64,000 nucleotides of DNA from an uncultured Alphaproteobacteria bacterium. Lineage in GTDB: Bacteria > Pseudomonadota > Alphaproteobacteria > CAVTAV01. A program made the translations under genes and the position numbers. The notes under the pieces are model-generated. The model ran no database searches. It saw only the letters and a program-made list of their open reading frames with translations, and had not been told where the DNA came from. The stretch lies in contig CAVTAV010000007.1 in NCBI GenBank assembly GCA_963732795.1, forward strand, positions 18,321 through 82,320, in the 5' to 3' direction. Positions 9,509 through 20,616 of this stretch are shown piece after piece; positions within the stretch are counted from its first letter, which is position 1, and every line of letters begins with the position of its first letter.

Positions 9509-10375
9509 ATGGCATCTGTCTTAGTTACGGGCGCGAGCAAGGGGATCGGTATGGCGATTGCCTTGGTCCTCGGCCGGGCCGGGCATACGGTTTATGCGAC
9601 GATGCGCAATCCCGCCGGTGCGCCGGAATTGGCGCGGATCGCGGCGGAAGAGGGCCTGCCAATTCATGTCTCGGCTATGGACGTGGATTCGGATCGCTCG
9701 GTCGCGGATGCCATCGAGGCGATTACTAAGGCCCATGGGCCGATCGACGTGCTGGTCAACAATGCCGGCATTGAAGGCCGGGGGGCCATCGAGGAGCTCG
9801 ACCTTTCCGTTTTCCGGTCCGTGATGGAAACGAATTTTTTCGGGGCGCTTCGCTGCATCAAGGCGGTGCTCCCCGCGATGCGCGCCCGCAAGAGCGGCAG
9901 CATCGTCAACATCACCTCGCTCGCCGGCCGTGTCGCGCACTCACCCCTGTCGCCCTACGCGGCGTCGAAGCATGCGCACGAGGCGCTGTGCGAGGCGTTG
10001 GCGCAGGAGGTGAAGGCGTTCAACATCCATGTCGCTATCGTAGAGCCAGGCGTCATCGACACGGCCTTGCCCCATCGCATCGGCGAACCGCCGGCCAACT
10101 CGCCCTATCCCCAGACGCGCCGTTTCGCGGACCTGTTCGCGGCGTCGCTGCAAAATCCGAATTCGCCGTCCCTGGTCGGCGAGAAGGTGCGCGAGATCAT
10201 CGAAAGCGGCACCTGGCAACTGCGGCACACCGTCGGACCGGATGCCGAGCCGATCCTGCAATGGCGCGCCTCCATGACCGACGAAGAATGGGTGGATTGG
10301 GGCGCTGCCGACGACGAAACATGGTACGAGCGGGCCGAGCGCGACTTCGGCCTGACCTCTCTCAGACGGGGGTAA
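9509..10375 (+). CDS. SDR-family oxidoreductase
   Basis: 288 aa. VLVTGASKGIGMAIA (TGxxxGxG), NNAG, and S...YAASKHA catalytic motif. Confidence 0.85.
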   Translation: MASVLVTGASKGIGMAIALVLGRAGHTVYATMRNPAGAPELARIAAEEGLPIHVSAMDVDSDRSVADAIEAITKAHGPIDVLVNNAGIEGRGAIEELDLSVFRSVMETNFFGALRCIKAVLPAMRARKSGSIVNITSLAGRVAHSPLSPYAASKHAHEALCEALAQEVKAFNIHVAIVEPGVIDTALPHRIGEPPANSPYPQTRRFADLFAASLQNPNSPSLVGEKVREIIESGTWQLRHTVGPDAEPILQWRASMTDEEWVDWGAADDETWYERAERDFGLTSLRRG

Positions 10376-10474
10376 GTCCAGGGCGGCCAATGTTGACCCG
10401 TCAACGTCCCTGGGACTAAGCTGATCCTTGGGACGACTGGGGCGCATCATTGTCGTCGAGGGGGAAGCACGAGC

Positions 10475-11362
10475 ATGGCGGCGGAGCCTGATACCCGTGG
10501 TTCGACATCACGGATCGGCGCCATGTGCCGGAAAGCGGCGCGGTCGCCCTTTCTGCAATTCCTGGTTCTCGGCGGACTCATTTTCTTGGGGGCCCATGTC
10601 GTGGACGGCTGGCGAGACCGCCGCGCCACAAAGATCGTCGTCGATCGGAATGCGGTGCATCGCATCGCCGCCCTGTACCAGGCCCAGAACGGCGCGCCGC
10701 CGTCGCCCGCGCAGCTCGACCATCTGATCGACGCCTATATCCATGACGAAATTCTGTTCCGCGAAGCCAAGCGAATAAATCTCGACGATGGCGACGAGAT
10801 CGTCAGGCGCCGCCTCATCCAGAAGATCGAATTCCTGACCGCCCGCGCCGATCCGTCCTCCGCGCCCACCGAGGAAGCGTTGCGGCACTATTACGACAGT
10901 CACAAGGATCGCTTCACCCGGCCCGCCCGGGTCGATTTCACCCATCTGTTCTTCAGCCCGGACGAAGCCGGTCAAGCCGCCGCCGAGACCCGCGCGCGGC
11001 AGGCGCTCGCCCGCTTGCAAGCCGATCCCGCAATGGTCGACCGCCTTGGCGACCCGTTCCCGCTGCAAAGCACTTTTGTCGGCATGACCAAGACCGACGC
11101 CGTTCAGCTTTTCGGCGACGCGTCGATCGTCGACGGCTTGTTCCAAGCGCCCGTCGGCATCTGGAGCGGACCGTTCCGGTCCGGGTATGGCTGGCATCTG
11201 ATCCGCGTGACTGCCTCCGAACCCGCCAAGGCTCGGCCGTTCGAGGATGTCAGGTCGGATGTCGCCGCCGCTCTGAGCCAGGAGATGCAGGATCGCGCCG
11301 CCGCAGACGCCTTCGAGGCCATGAAGGCGCGCTACAAAATCGTCCGGCCTGTCAAGCCTTGA
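10475..11362 (+). CDS. PpiC-type peptidyl-prolyl isomerase-like periplasmic protein
   Basis: 295-aa ORF. An alternative start at 10523 (MCRKAARSPFLQFLVLGGLIFL = TM anchor) is plausible. The C-terminal segment WSGPFRSGYGWHLIRV resembles a parvulin/rotamase core. This family often sits next to DUF3604 genes. Confidence 0.65.
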   Translation: MAAEPDTRGSTSRIGAMCRKAARSPFLQFLVLGGLIFLGAHVVDGWRDRRATKIVVDRNAVHRIAALYQAQNGAPPSPAQLDHLIDAYIHDEILFREAKRINLDDGDEIVRRRLIQKIEFLTARADPSSAPTEEALRHYYDSHKDRFTRPARVDFTHLFFSPDEAGQAAAETRARQALARLQADPAMVDRLGDPFPLQSTFVGMTKTDAVQLFGDASIVDGLFQAPVGIWSGPFRSGYGWHLIRVTASEPAKARPFEDVRSDVAAALSQEMQDRAAADAFEAMKARYKIVRPVKP

Positions 11363-11371
11363 GAGGAGACC

Positions 11372-13243
11372 ATGGCACCGATGCCCAGGACCAAAAGAAA
11401 GATCACCAACGGGACCGTGGCGGCTGCGATGCTGCTTGCCGTTCTCGACGGATCGGCGCTCGCGGCGGAAGGCGCCGCAAACGGCAGCACCGTTCCCTAC
11501 AATCCCGAGCGGAACGCCTATTTCGGCGACCTACATCTGCATACCAGCATGTCGGCCGACGCCGCCGCGTCCTTCACCAAGACCCTGCCCGAGGACGCCT
11601 ACCGCTTCGCCATGGGCGAGGCGGTCGAGTATTTCGGGGACAAGGTCCGGCGTAAGGCGCCGCTGGACTTTCTCGCGGTCACGGACCACGCCGAATATCT
11701 CGGGATGGTGCGCGAGGCCTCCGACCCCAACGGACCCTTCGCCGGCACCGACTGGCCCGCCAAGCTCGCCAAGGTCTCGGACGACATGATGGGAATATTG
11801 CGGATCTTCTCCCCGGCCTTCCGCGGCGAGAAGCCGATCCCGGACTTCATGGACAAGAAGCTGATGGAGTCCAACTGGCAACGGGAGATCGCCGCCGCCC
11901 AGAAATACTATCGTCCCGGCAAGTTCACGACCTTTGTCGCCTATGAATGGAGCCCGCTCAAGAACGGCCATATGCACCGCAACGTCATTTTCCGCGGGCC
12001 GAACTATCCGGATCTGCCGTTCAGCGCGATCAATTCCCTGAAGCCCGAGGACCTCTGGACCTATATCGAGGCCAACCGCGCCAAGGGCATCGAGGCGATC
12101 CTGATCCCGCACAATTCCAATCTGAGCCGCGGCATGATGTTCGCCTACAAGGATTCCTACGGCAACATGATCGACCGGGCCTATGCCGAGCGGCGCGTCC
12201 GGAACGAGCGCATCGTCGAGATCACCCAGAACAAGGGCACGAGCGAAACCCGTCCCGAATTTTCGCCGGCCGACGAATTCGCCGATTTCGAGCTGCTGGC
12301 GGTCAATCCCAAGAGCGGTATCGACCAAAGGGGCGGCTATGTCCGTCCGGCCTTCAAGCGCGGGTTGGAAATCGAGTCCCGGACTGGCGTAAACCCGTTC
12401 GAATTCGGCCTGATCGGCAGCTCCGACTACCACACCGGGATTTCGGCGACGGAAGAGTTCAATTTCCCCGGTGGCATGGGCATCGTCGACGCGCAGACCG
12501 ACCGCAAGAAGATCGAGCAGATCTTGAGCCAGCCGCACCCGATCATGCACTCCCGGATCACCATTCTGAGCACGGGCGGCCTCGCCGGCATATGGGCCGA
12601 AGAAAACACGCGCGAATCCCTGTTCGACGCCATGCAGCGGCGGGAGGTTTTCGCGACGACGGGCGGCCGCATCCGGATACGAATGTTCGCCGGCTGGAAC
12701 TATTCCAAGGGTTTGACCAAGAAAACCGATTGGGTCCGCCAGGCTTATGACCGCGGCGTGGTGATGGGGGCGGACCTGCCGGGGCCGGGCAAGGACGGGG
12801 CGAAGAAGCCGACCTTCCTGTTCGATGCGATCAAGGATCCCGACGGCGGTAATCTCGACCGGCTTCAGATCGTCAAGGTCTGGAATGCCGACGGCAAATC
12901 CCACGAGAAGGTGATCGACGTCCTGTGGTCGGGAGACCGCAAGCGGGATCCCAAGACCGGCAAGGTGCCGCCTGTCGGCAACACGGTCGATGTCGCGACC
13001 GCGACCTATACGAATTCCATCGGCGCGGTCGAGCTCAAGGGCCAATGGACCGACCCCGATTTCGACCCGAAAGTCTCGGCGATCTATTACGCGCGCGTCC
13101 TCGAAATTCCGACACCGCGCTGGCCGACCTATCTCGCCGTGCGCAACAACCTGCCGATCCCGGACAATACGCCGCCGTCCTTCCAGGAGCGGGCCTGGAC
13201 GTCGCCGGTCTTCTATAAGGGAACGTCTGTCGACGGCTCCTGA
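11372..13243 (+). CDS. DUF3604 domain-containing secreted protein
   Basis: 623-aa intact ORF. Signal peptide ([18 protein letters not shown]), the early metal-binding-like motif [15 protein letters not shown], and a conserved C-terminus [13 protein letters not shown]...[10 protein letters not shown] typical of DUF3604. Confidence 0.8.
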   Translation: MAPMPRTKRKITNGTVAAAMLLAVLDGSALAAEGAANGSTVPYNPERNAYFGDLHLHTSMSADAAASFTKTLPEDAYRFAMGEAVEYFGDKVRRKAPLDFLAVTDHAEYLGMVREASDPNGPFAGTDWPAKLAKVSDDMMGILRIFSPAFRGEKPIPDFMDKKLMESNWQREIAAAQKYYRPGKFTTFVAYEWSPLKNGHMHRNVIFRGPNYPDLPFSAINSLKPEDLWTYIEANRAKGIEAILIPHNSNLSRGMMFAYKDSYGNMIDRAYAERRVRNERIVEITQNKGTSETRPEFSPADEFADFELLAVNPKSGIDQRGGYVRPAFKRGLEIESRTGVNPFEFGLIGSSDYHTGISATEEFNFPGGMGIVDAQTDRKKIEQILSQPHPIMHSRITILSTGGLAGIWAEENTRESLFDAMQRREVFATTGGRIRIRMFAGWNYSKGLTKKTDWVRQAYDRGVVMGADLPGPGKDGAKKPTFLFDAIKDPDGGNLDRLQIVKVWNADGKSHEKVIDVLWSGDRKRDPKTGKVPPVGNTVDVATATYTNSIGAVELKGQWTDPDFDPKVSAIYYARVLEIPTPRWPTYLAVRNNLPIPDNTPPSFQERAWTSPVFYKGTSVDGS

Positions 13244-14615
13244 TCAGTTCGTCAGCGCGCCGAGCGGGGAGGGGATGCGGCCGCCTCGGGCGATGAGCCG
13301 ATAGGGCGAAATCTCGTTGACCGGCATTACCGGTGCCCGCCCCAGGAGCCCGCCGAAATCGACGCTTTCGCCGACCGACTTGCCGATCGCCGGAATGATG
13401 CGGGCGGCGGTCGTCTTGTTGTTGATCATGCCGATCGCCGCTTCGTCGCTGATGATGGCGGAGAGGATCTCCGGCGGCGTGTGGCCCGGCACGACGATCA
13501 TGTCGAGGCCGACGGAGCAGACCGAGGTCATCGCTTCGAGCTTGTCGATCGTGATCGCGCCGCGCTCGGCGGCCTGGATCATGCCGATATCTTCGGAAAT
13601 CGGGATGAACGCGCCTGAGAGCCCGCCGACATGGCTCGAGGCCATGGCGCCGCCTTTCTTCACTGCGTCGTTCAAGAGCGCGAGCGCCGCCGTCGTGCCG
13701 TGGGCGCCGACGGTATCTACGCCGATCGCTTCCAGGATGCGCGCGACGCTGTCGCCTTCCGCCGGGGTCGGCGCGAGGGAGAGATCGACAATACCGAAGG
13801 GAATGCCGAGCCGGGTGGCGGCGGTGCGGCCGACGAGCTCGCCGGCACGGGTGATCTTGAACGCCGTCTGGCGAATGGACGCCGTGAGCTGGCCGAAATC
13901 GACGTCGCCCATGGCCTTGATCGTGCGTAGCACGACTGCCCGGCCCGCTCACGCCGACATTGACGGTGCAGTCGCCTTCGCCGACGCCGTGAAACGCGCC
14001 CGCCATGAAGGGGTTGTCCTGGACGGCGTTGCAGAAGACGACGAGCTTGGCGCAGCCGATCGAGTCCCGATCGGCCGTCCTCTCGGCGGTCTCGCGCATG
14101 ACATGGCCCATACGGGCGATGGCGTCCATGTTCAGACCCGCCTTGGTCGAGCCGATATTGACGGAGGCGCAGACCCGCTCGGTCGCGGCGAGGGCTTGCG
14201 GAACGACATCGATGAGCTTCGAATCCGCGGGCGTCGTGCCTTTCTCGACCAGCGCCGAGAAACCGCCGATGAAATCGACATTCACCTCGCGGGCCGCGCG
14301 GTCCATCACCTTGGCGATGTCGAGAAGCTGATCGGGATTGCATTTGCCGGCGATCATCGAGATCGGCGTAACGGCGATCCGGCAATTGACGATCGGAATA
14401 CCGAATTCGATCGAGATATCCGAGCAGACCTGGCGCAAATCCCGCGCGGTGCTCGTGATCTTGGCGAGAATGTTCTTCGCGAGCGCCTTCGGGTCGTCGC
14501 TGCCACAGTCGAGCAGGCTGATCCCGACCGTGACCGTGCGGATGTCAAGTTGCTCCATCCGCACCATCTGGATGGTCTCGATGATCTCCTCGCCGGAAAA
14601 GCTCAGATGTTTCAT
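13244..14615 (-). pseudogene. UPF0210/PFL-like family protein (DUF711), frame-disrupted near 13930
   Basis: The N-terminal part is in ORF 13035..14615 ([37 protein letters not shown]...NVGVSGPG). The C-terminal part is in ORF 13244..13933 (...[15 protein letters not shown]...[13 protein letters not shown]). Together they make about 455 aa. The canonical partner ACT gene lies directly upstream. Confidence 0.8.
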
Positions 14616-14625
14616 CTCGCGGCCC

Positions 14626-14928
14626 TCAAATCCGGTGCATGACTTTGAAGATGTCCTCGCGCTGGATCTCGATCCTCACGCCAAGCTGCTCGCCGCGCTC
14701 GGTCAGCCGCTCGCTCAGCTCATGGAAGGTAACGGAGGCCTGGGCCAGATCGACCATCATGATCATCGTGAAGAAGTCGCGGATGACCGACTGGCTGATG
14801 TCCAGAATATTGACATTGGCCTCGGCGATCGTTGCCGTGACGCCGGCGATGATGCCGACGCGATCGGAGCCGATGATGGTAACGATGGCGCGGCTCGAGG
14901 GGGCGGGGGCGGTTTCTGGTGTATGCAT
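14626..14928 (-). CDS. ACT domain-containing protein (UPF0237 family)
   Basis: [48 protein letters not shown]. Start chosen at ATG 14928 (MHTPE...); the longer ORF reaching 15051 looks like a spurious extension. Confidence 0.75.
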   Translation of the reverse strand: MHTPETAPAPSSRAIVTIIGSDRVGIIAGVTATIAEANVNILDISQSVIRDFFTMIMMVDLAQASVTFHELSERLTERGEQLGVRIEIQREDIFKVMHRI

Positions 14929-15218
14929 TGTTGGGGCCGATGGAGAGAGGGGGAAGACGCCCCGACTATAGTCGTTGCTGCGTGCCGGACAAGCGGGTGC
15001 CTCGGCGATTGCGGCCGCGCACGGTTCGCTCCGATGCCCAAATGCGCGCATTCTCTATCAATTATTCTATCGAAGAAGGCCTTGACGGCAGGCGCGACCA
15101 TAGTCATAAGCGCGCCTCGCGGGAAACCGATGCTCCGGGTCCCGACGTCATTGGTTCTTTCTGACTGACGCAGCCGCCACGAGCGTGCGTATGCTGCGCG
15201 AGACGGCAGCACCGAACT

Positions 15219-16172
15219 ATGCCAAGAGGTGACGACAAGGAAGCCAAGCTTGGGACGTTCGGGTTGCGCCTGAGGGCCTGGTGGGAAGGCTATAGCCCGG
15301 AGGAGTATCTCGCCTGGCTCGAGGCCAGGCGGGCGAAAGGAGCGACCGTCAAGCATAAGACGGGCGCCGCAACGTCGCCCGTGACGGAGATCGCCTGGAA
15401 ACCTGACCGGATCAAAGTGGCCAATCTGATCTGGGGCGAGGGCTATTGCGGTCCGGGCGGGCCGCAGCATGTCGTGGATTTGTCCAAGCTCCTGGGTCTC
15501 ACGCCGGATATGAGCGTTCTCATCGTCGGCGGCGGGCTCGGCGGCCCGGCGCGGGCGCTCGCCGGCAATTTCGGTTGCTACGTCACGGCCTATGAGGAAT
15601 CGGCCGAGCTCGCGGCCGCCGGCACGGAGCTCTCCGTCGGGGCGGGACTAGGCCGCAAGGCGCCGATCGAGCATTTCGATTTCGAGAATATCGAGCCGTT
15701 CACGCGGAAATTCGATGCCGCGGTGGCGAAGGAGTCGCTGCTGACGATCAAGAACAAGTCCGGCGTTCTGCGTGAAATCTTTGCGTCGTTGAAACCCCAG
15801 CAGCTCGTTCTAATCACCGACTATGTCCTCGAGGATTCGACCAGTGCCGACGATCCTGAGGTCGCCGAGTGGCTGACAGCGGAAAAAACCAAATGTCACT
15901 TGCTACGGAATGAGGAGATGGTGCGGCTCATCGAGCGCGCCGGATTCCTGGTGCGGGTCAAGGAGGACCAGAGCGAGAGCTACCGCTCGTTGATCGCCGA
16001 AAGCTGGTCCGAGTCAGGTCAGATCATTCAGCAGTTGTCCCAGGAGGCCGAGGAGAACCAGAGCCTCATCCAGACGCTGCTCGATGAAGCGACGCGGTGG
16101 GCGCGGCTTTCCCACCTGCTGGAGAGCAACAAGCTCCGCCTGATGCGCTACGTCCTCGAAAAGGGCGCGTAG
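15219..16172 (+). CDS. Class I SAM-dependent methyltransferase
   Basis: 317 aa. SAM-binding motif I VLIVGGGLGGPARALA followed by an acidic residue after beta-2 (YVTAYEES). Confidence 0.7.
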   Translation: MPRGDDKEAKLGTFGLRLRAWWEGYSPEEYLAWLEARRAKGATVKHKTGAATSPVTEIAWKPDRIKVANLIWGEGYCGPGGPQHVVDLSKLLGLTPDMSVLIVGGGLGGPARALAGNFGCYVTAYEESAELAAAGTELSVGAGLGRKAPIEHFDFENIEPFTRKFDAAVAKESLLTIKNKSGVLREIFASLKPQQLVLITDYVLEDSTSADDPEVAEWLTAEKTKCHLLRNEEMVRLIERAGFLVRVKEDQSESYRSLIAESWSESGQIIQQLSQEAEENQSLIQTLLDEATRWARLSHLLESNKLRLMRYVLEKGA

Positions 16173-16188
16173 ATCGAAGCCGAATGTC

Positions 16189-17790
16189 CTATCGCGGCGC
16201 GCCCATGCTGGTCATCAGCTTGGCGGTCTCTTCGGCGGGCAACGCAGAGCGGAGTGCGAGCCACATGACGATCGCGCTCCAGACCGCCGTGGCGACCACG
16301 CCTTCCCAGAAGGGAAGCACGGCATAGCCGCCGCCGATATCGCTCATGGCCGAGAGCAACCACATGCCCCCGAACCAGGCGAACAGCCAGCCGATATTGC
16401 GCCAGCCGAAATCCTCTACCGGGTTCCTGGCGACGAAGTGGTAATAGAGCGCGTAAAGAGCGAAACCGATCGCGACGATCAGGAACAGGAACGAATTGGT
16501 CTCATAACCGGTCCAATAGATGATCCAATTACTGCTGATGAACGCGATCGGCGCCAGGATCCCCGCGCCCTTAAGATGGAACGGCCGGTCCAGATGCGGC
16601 TGGTTCTTGCGCAGGACCAGGAGAATGATCGGTCCCAATCCATAGGTCAGCACGGTGATGGAGGTGATGTAGTTCACCATCAGTTGCCAGGCCGGGAACG
16701 GCAGCAGGAACAGGATGCCGATCGCCCACATTACGAGGACCGCGGCCCAAGGCACCTGCGCCTTGTTCAACGCCGTCAGCCAGGCCGGGCCGGACCGCAT
16801 CTCGCCTACGGCATAGAGAATGCGCGCGCCGCCGGTCAGGAACATCAGGCCCGGTGCCGCCCGGCGAGACATAGGCGTCGATATAGAGAAGCGTCGCCAG
16901 CCAGCCGATGCCGAGCGTCGCGGCAAGGCCCGCGAAAGGTCCCGCCTCGCCGGTGAAGGTGAGGTGCTGCCAGCCATTGGCCATGTCTTCCGGCCGCAGC
17001 GCCATCAGGAAGCCGACCTGCAGCAGGACATAGACGACCGCGGTGATCAGCACCGATCCGATCACGGCGATCGGGATGTGCTTGCTCGGATTGGAGCTTT
17101 CGCCGCCGAGATCGATCGCCGTGCGGAAGCCGAGATAGCTGAACACGATGCCGGCCGCGGGCAGGGCGGTGAAGATGCCGGAGAACTGGTAGCTGTTCGG
17201 GGTCGGCCGACCAGACGTCCCAATGGGTGCTGGCGGCGATCAGGACGATGATGGCCAGAAGCGGCACGGCGAGCTTCCACCAGGTGATGGCGGAATTGAC
17301 ATGGAGCAGCTTGCGCACCGCCAGGAGGTTGAACAGCGCGAAAACGCCAAGCAGCGCCGCGCAGGTGATGAAGCCGACGGTGGTCAGCAGATTCTCGGTT
17401 CCGGGCTGGAGGAAATAGGGCAGGTAGTTGTTGGCGTAGGTAACGATGGCCTCGGCCTCGACCGCCGGCACCGCTACATAGGCGAGAAACAGCATCCAGC
17501 CCCAGATGCGCCCCAGCCCTTCGCCATGGCTCGCATGGCTCATATGCACGAGCGCCCCGCTTCGCGGAAACAGCACGGCCAACTCGGCGAAGCACAGTGC
17601 GATCATCAGGATGATCACCGCGCCCGACAACCCAGCTCCAGATCGCCAGCGGTCCGGCGATCTTGGAGGCGTGATAGGCGCCGAACAGCCAGCCCGAGCC
17701 GATCATGCTGGTGGTGCTGGCGAACAGAAGCCCGATGATCTTGGCGTCGCGGCGTAGTTCCCCCTTCACGCCGTTGGCCGATTCAGCCAT
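16189..17790 (-). pseudogene. APC-family amino acid permease, about 3 frame disruptions (near 17625, 17200, 16850)
   Basis: Four overlapping ORFs in different frames each carry consecutive permease segments. These are LFASTTSMIGSGWLFGAYHAS; ALCFAELAVLFPRSGALVHMSHASHGEGLG; FSYLGFRTAIDLGGESSNP; and LLPFPAWQLMVNYITSITVLTYGLGPIILLVLRK. Confidence 0.8.
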
Positions 17791-18146
17791 CAGCCTCTCC
17801 CGTTGTTGCCTCGTCTCCCCTGACCGAAGCGGCGTCCGGCCCTCATCAGGGAGAACACTAAACGGTTGATGGCCGACTGCCTAGAAAATGTGGCGCGGCG
17901 TCAGCGCCAACGCGGAGGACCACCCCGCGAGCTTGAATAAAATTACCAAATAGAGCACTAAAATTTCACGGCGCACCCGGTTGTGAATAGCGCAGAGTCG
18001 ACCGCGATGCTTTGCCACAATTCCGCCGCGACTTGGGATAAGATTCCCGGCGGATTCGGTCGCTCCGGTGGTTCCGCCACCGGCGGTTCGCAACCCACAC
18101 CGACCATCCGTTCGGTGCGCGTTTCACCACATGACTGGAGACTCTA

Positions 18147-18413
18147 ATGAAGAAGTTGCTCATTCCGGCGCTCTCCGTCGCGGCGCTCATCGGCATCAAT
18201 ACGGCGTTCGCGGCTGACGTTACCGGCGAGATCAAGTCTGTAAGCGTGAAGAAGCACGACGTCCTCCTCAATAACGGTCAGCGTTACTGGTTCGGCAAGG
18301 ACTTCGACCTGTCGAAGACCAAGAAGGGCGAAAAGGTGAAGATCACCTTCGAAGAAAAGAAAATGAAGAAAGGGACGAAGAACGAGGCGAGCGCGATCGC
18401 CCTCGTCTCCTAA
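18147..18413 (+). CDS. Small secreted protein (DUF1344-like)
   Basis: 88 aa with signal peptide MKKLLIPALSVAALIGINTAFA and a Lys-rich mature part. SD-like ctggagac upstream. Confidence 0.65.
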   Translation: MKKLLIPALSVAALIGINTAFAADVTGEIKSVSVKKHDVLLNNGQRYWFGKDFDLSKTKKGEKVKITFEEKKMKKGTKNEASAIALVS

Positions 18414-18437
18414 GCCTTTTCCGTTCTATTCCGCTCA

Positions 18438-18467
18438 GCGGCGACCGCGCTGGCCTCCGGTCGCCGC
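18438..18467 (+). terminator. GC-rich hairpin after the DUF1344-like gene (terminator candidate without a U-tract)
   Basis: GCGGCGACCG (18438-18447) and CGGTCGCCGC (18458-18467) are exact reverse complements with a 10-nt loop, about 25 nt after the stop. No T-run follows. Confidence 0.3.
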
Positions 18468-18653
18468 CTATGTCGAAGCCTCTCCCGATACATCACCGAC
18501 GCAAGATGCGTTGACCGAATAGCCTTCCTCCGCTCAAACTGACGCCCGATACAGGGATGATTGCGCCATGCGCGCATGAGAGGGGGTTGAAATGAAACGA
18601 ATTGAATATCGGGACGATGCACATATGCGACGTCGATTGACCGGCGATCGGCA

Positions 18654-20283
18654 TTGTCGCGCATGGCAGGGAGGCGCCGCTTTCCTGGCGAGCGCAACGA
18701 TTGCGGGCTTGTCCGGCCGTCGCGCATCTGGCGGCCGGCGACGCCGTCGCTGACACGGCCTTCGGCAAAATCCGGGGCGCGACGTCGAACGGCATTCATA
18801 TCTTCAAGGGAGTCCGCTACGGCGCGCCCACCGGCGGGGCCAATCGGTTCATGCCGCCAAAGAATCCGGAGCCATGGGCCGGGTATTCGCGACGCGCTGC
18901 ATTACGGCAACAGCGCGCCTCAGACCAATCCGAATGCGAAGGGCGGTGGCGGCGAGTTGTTCGCGCCGGTAGGCGGCGACGAAAAGACCGCCGAAAGCGA
19001 GGACTGCCTGTTCCTCAATGTCTGGACGCCTGGTCTCAATGACGGTGGCAAGCGCCCGGTGATGGTGTGGCTCCACGGCGGCGGCTTTCTGTCGGGGTCC
19101 GGCTCTCGCAAGATCATCGCCGGCGACAACCTGGCGCGCCGGGGCAATGTCGTGGTCGTCACCTTGAACCATCGGCTCAATGCCTTCGGGTTCAGCCATT
19201 TCGGCGATATCGGCGGACCGGAATACGCGATGTCCGGCAATGTCGGAATGTTGGATATCGTCCAGGCGCTGAAATGGGTGCGCGACAATATCGAGCGGTT
19301 CGGCGGCGACCCGTCGCGCGTCATGATTTTCGGCGAGTCCGGTGGTGGCCAGAAGGTTTCGATGCTGATGGGCTGCCCACTCGCCAAGGGCCTGTTCCAC
19401 CGCGCGGCGATCGAAAGCGGCCCCGGGATCAAGATGCTCGATCGGGACAAGGCGACGCATGTCTCCGAGGTCTATTTGAAGGAGCTTGGCCTGACTGCCG
19501 CCCGCCTGCCGGAAATTCAGAAGATGCCGACCGAGAAACTCCTCGCGGCGTTCTTCCCAGCCATGGCTAAAACCGGCGGCATTACTGCGGGCTTCATCGA
19601 CAATTTCTCGCCGGTAATCGATCCGGTGGTCCTGCCGCAGCATCCGTTCTCGCCGAAGGCGGCGCCTTACGCCGCCGACGTGCCGCTCATCATGGGTTGG
19701 AACCGTACGGAGATGACGCTGTTTGCCGATCCGGCCGCGTTCTCGATCGACGAGGCGGAGATGGTCAAGCGCATCACCGCGATCCATGGCGATGCCGCGT
19801 CACGGATTATCAAGACCTATAGAAAGAAATATCCTGACCTGTCCGCGACGGATCTGCAATTTCATCATCTGGTCCGACTATCCGACCATGTTCTTCGAAA
19901 ATCTGATCGCGGAGCGGCGCGCGGCGCAAGACCAGGCGCCGACCTATCTCTATCGCTTCGATTGGCGATCGCCGGTCCAGGGCGGCAAGTACCACACGCC
20001 GCACACGATGGAGATTCCGTTCGTATTCGACAACACCAGGGTCATGACCAGCATGACAGGCGGGACGGCCGAGGCGGCGGTGCTGGCGGCCAAAATCAGC
20101 GACGCCTGGATCGCACTGGCGACGACCGGCGATCCGAATTCGGCGAAGGGCGGGCTCCCCAACTGGAAGGCTTATTCGACGAACGAGCGCTCGACCATGT
20201 TGATCAATACGGAAAGCCGTCTAGCCGCCGACCCCGAAATGGAAGAGCGGGCGCTGTTCGACGAGCTGTATCCGAACATCTAG
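18654..20283 (+). pseudogene. Type-B carboxylesterase (para-nitrobenzyl-esterase-like), at least 2 frame disruptions (near 18885 and 19860; possibly more in the signal region)
   Basis: N-terminus in the frame of ORF 18701 (GKIRGATSNGIHIFKGVRYGAPTGGANRF). Core in the frame of ORF 18654 (EDCLFLNVWTP, VMVWLHGGGF, nucleophile elbow FGESGGG). C-terminus in the frame of ORF 19723 (YLYRFDW...HTMEIPFVFDN...) ending at TAG 20281-20283. A Tat-like MAGRRRF(L) start at 18663 is possible. Confidence 0.8.
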
Positions 20284-20330
20284 CGCCGCCGCAGGAGGGA
20301 TACCTCCGACGGTGGGGGTATTGCCGCGGT

Positions 20331-20360
20331 CATACAAATCATACTAGTATGAAATGTATG
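20331..20360. promoter_or_regulatory. 30-bp AT-rich palindrome overlapping the AbrB-like gene start (candidate operator)
   Basis: CATACAAATCATAC-TA-GTATGAAATGTATG. The arms match as reverse complements at 12 of 14 positions. Built from four CATAC/GTATG pentamers spaced by AAAT. It includes both candidate start codons (20349, 20358). Confidence 0.5.
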
Positions 20361-20615
20361 ACAAAGCGCAAAGGCATGGGGCCGCCGGGCTTCGAGCTCG
20401 AGTTTCACGGCACGACCGTGGTCGGCGAGCGCGGTCAGGCGGTGATCCCGGCCGAAGCCCGCAAGGCGCACGACCTCAAAAAGGGGGACAAGCTCCTGGT
20501 TTTCAGCATGGGCGGCAATATCGTCTTCACCAAGCTCTCCGGCCTGGAGCAGTTCGAGGAGCATTTGAAGAACCGCCTCGCCGCCATCCGCGATCTGATC
20601 GAGAAGAATCGATAA
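20349..20615 (+). CDS. AbrB/MazE/SpoVT-family DNA-binding protein
   Basis: In-frame tail of ORF 18654..20615. MKCMTKRKGMGPPGFELEFHGTTVVGERGQAVIPAEARKAHDLKKGDKLLVFS is a swapped-hairpin (SpoVT/AbrB) motif. Its stop is 1 nt before the ABC ATPase start. Confidence 0.75.
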   Translation: MKCMTKRKGMGPPGFELEFHGTTVVGERGQAVIPAEARKAHDLKKGDKLLVFSMGGNIVFTKLSGLEQFEEHLKNRLAAIRDLIEKNR

Positions 20616-20616
20616 C

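Noticed and set aside
10376-10420. A nested hairpin after the SDR gene (AGTCCAGGG...GTTGAC-cc-GTCAAC...CCCTGGGACT).
   Set aside because: The pairing is real, but no U-tract follows and no second copy is in the window. I cannot distinguish a terminator from chance in GC-rich DNA.
11531-13045. 504-aa minus-strand ORF, and similar long antisense ORFs. Examples are 13317-14642 (+), 21207-22193 (-), 22251-23510 (+), 29618-31159 (+), 42674-44065 (-), 50915-52006 (-) and 30963-32267 (+).
   Set aside because: Each lies antisense to a gene with clear family motifs. Their products are Arg/Gly/Asp/His-rich and low in complexity, as expected for stop-poor shadow frames in high-GC DNA.
17791-17900. A possible amino-acid riboswitch upstream of the APC permease (stem CUCCCUGA...UCAGGGGAG).
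   Set aside because: It has a single local stem with none of the conserved cores I know for glycine, lysine or SAM-II riboswitches. The evidence is insufficient.
18654-20615. A single 653-aa ORF.
   Set aside because: It is chimeric. Only its middle section is the esterase frame. Its first ~80 and later ~150 codons are out-of-frame read-through. Its last 88 codons are a separate AbrB-like gene that happens to be in the same frame.
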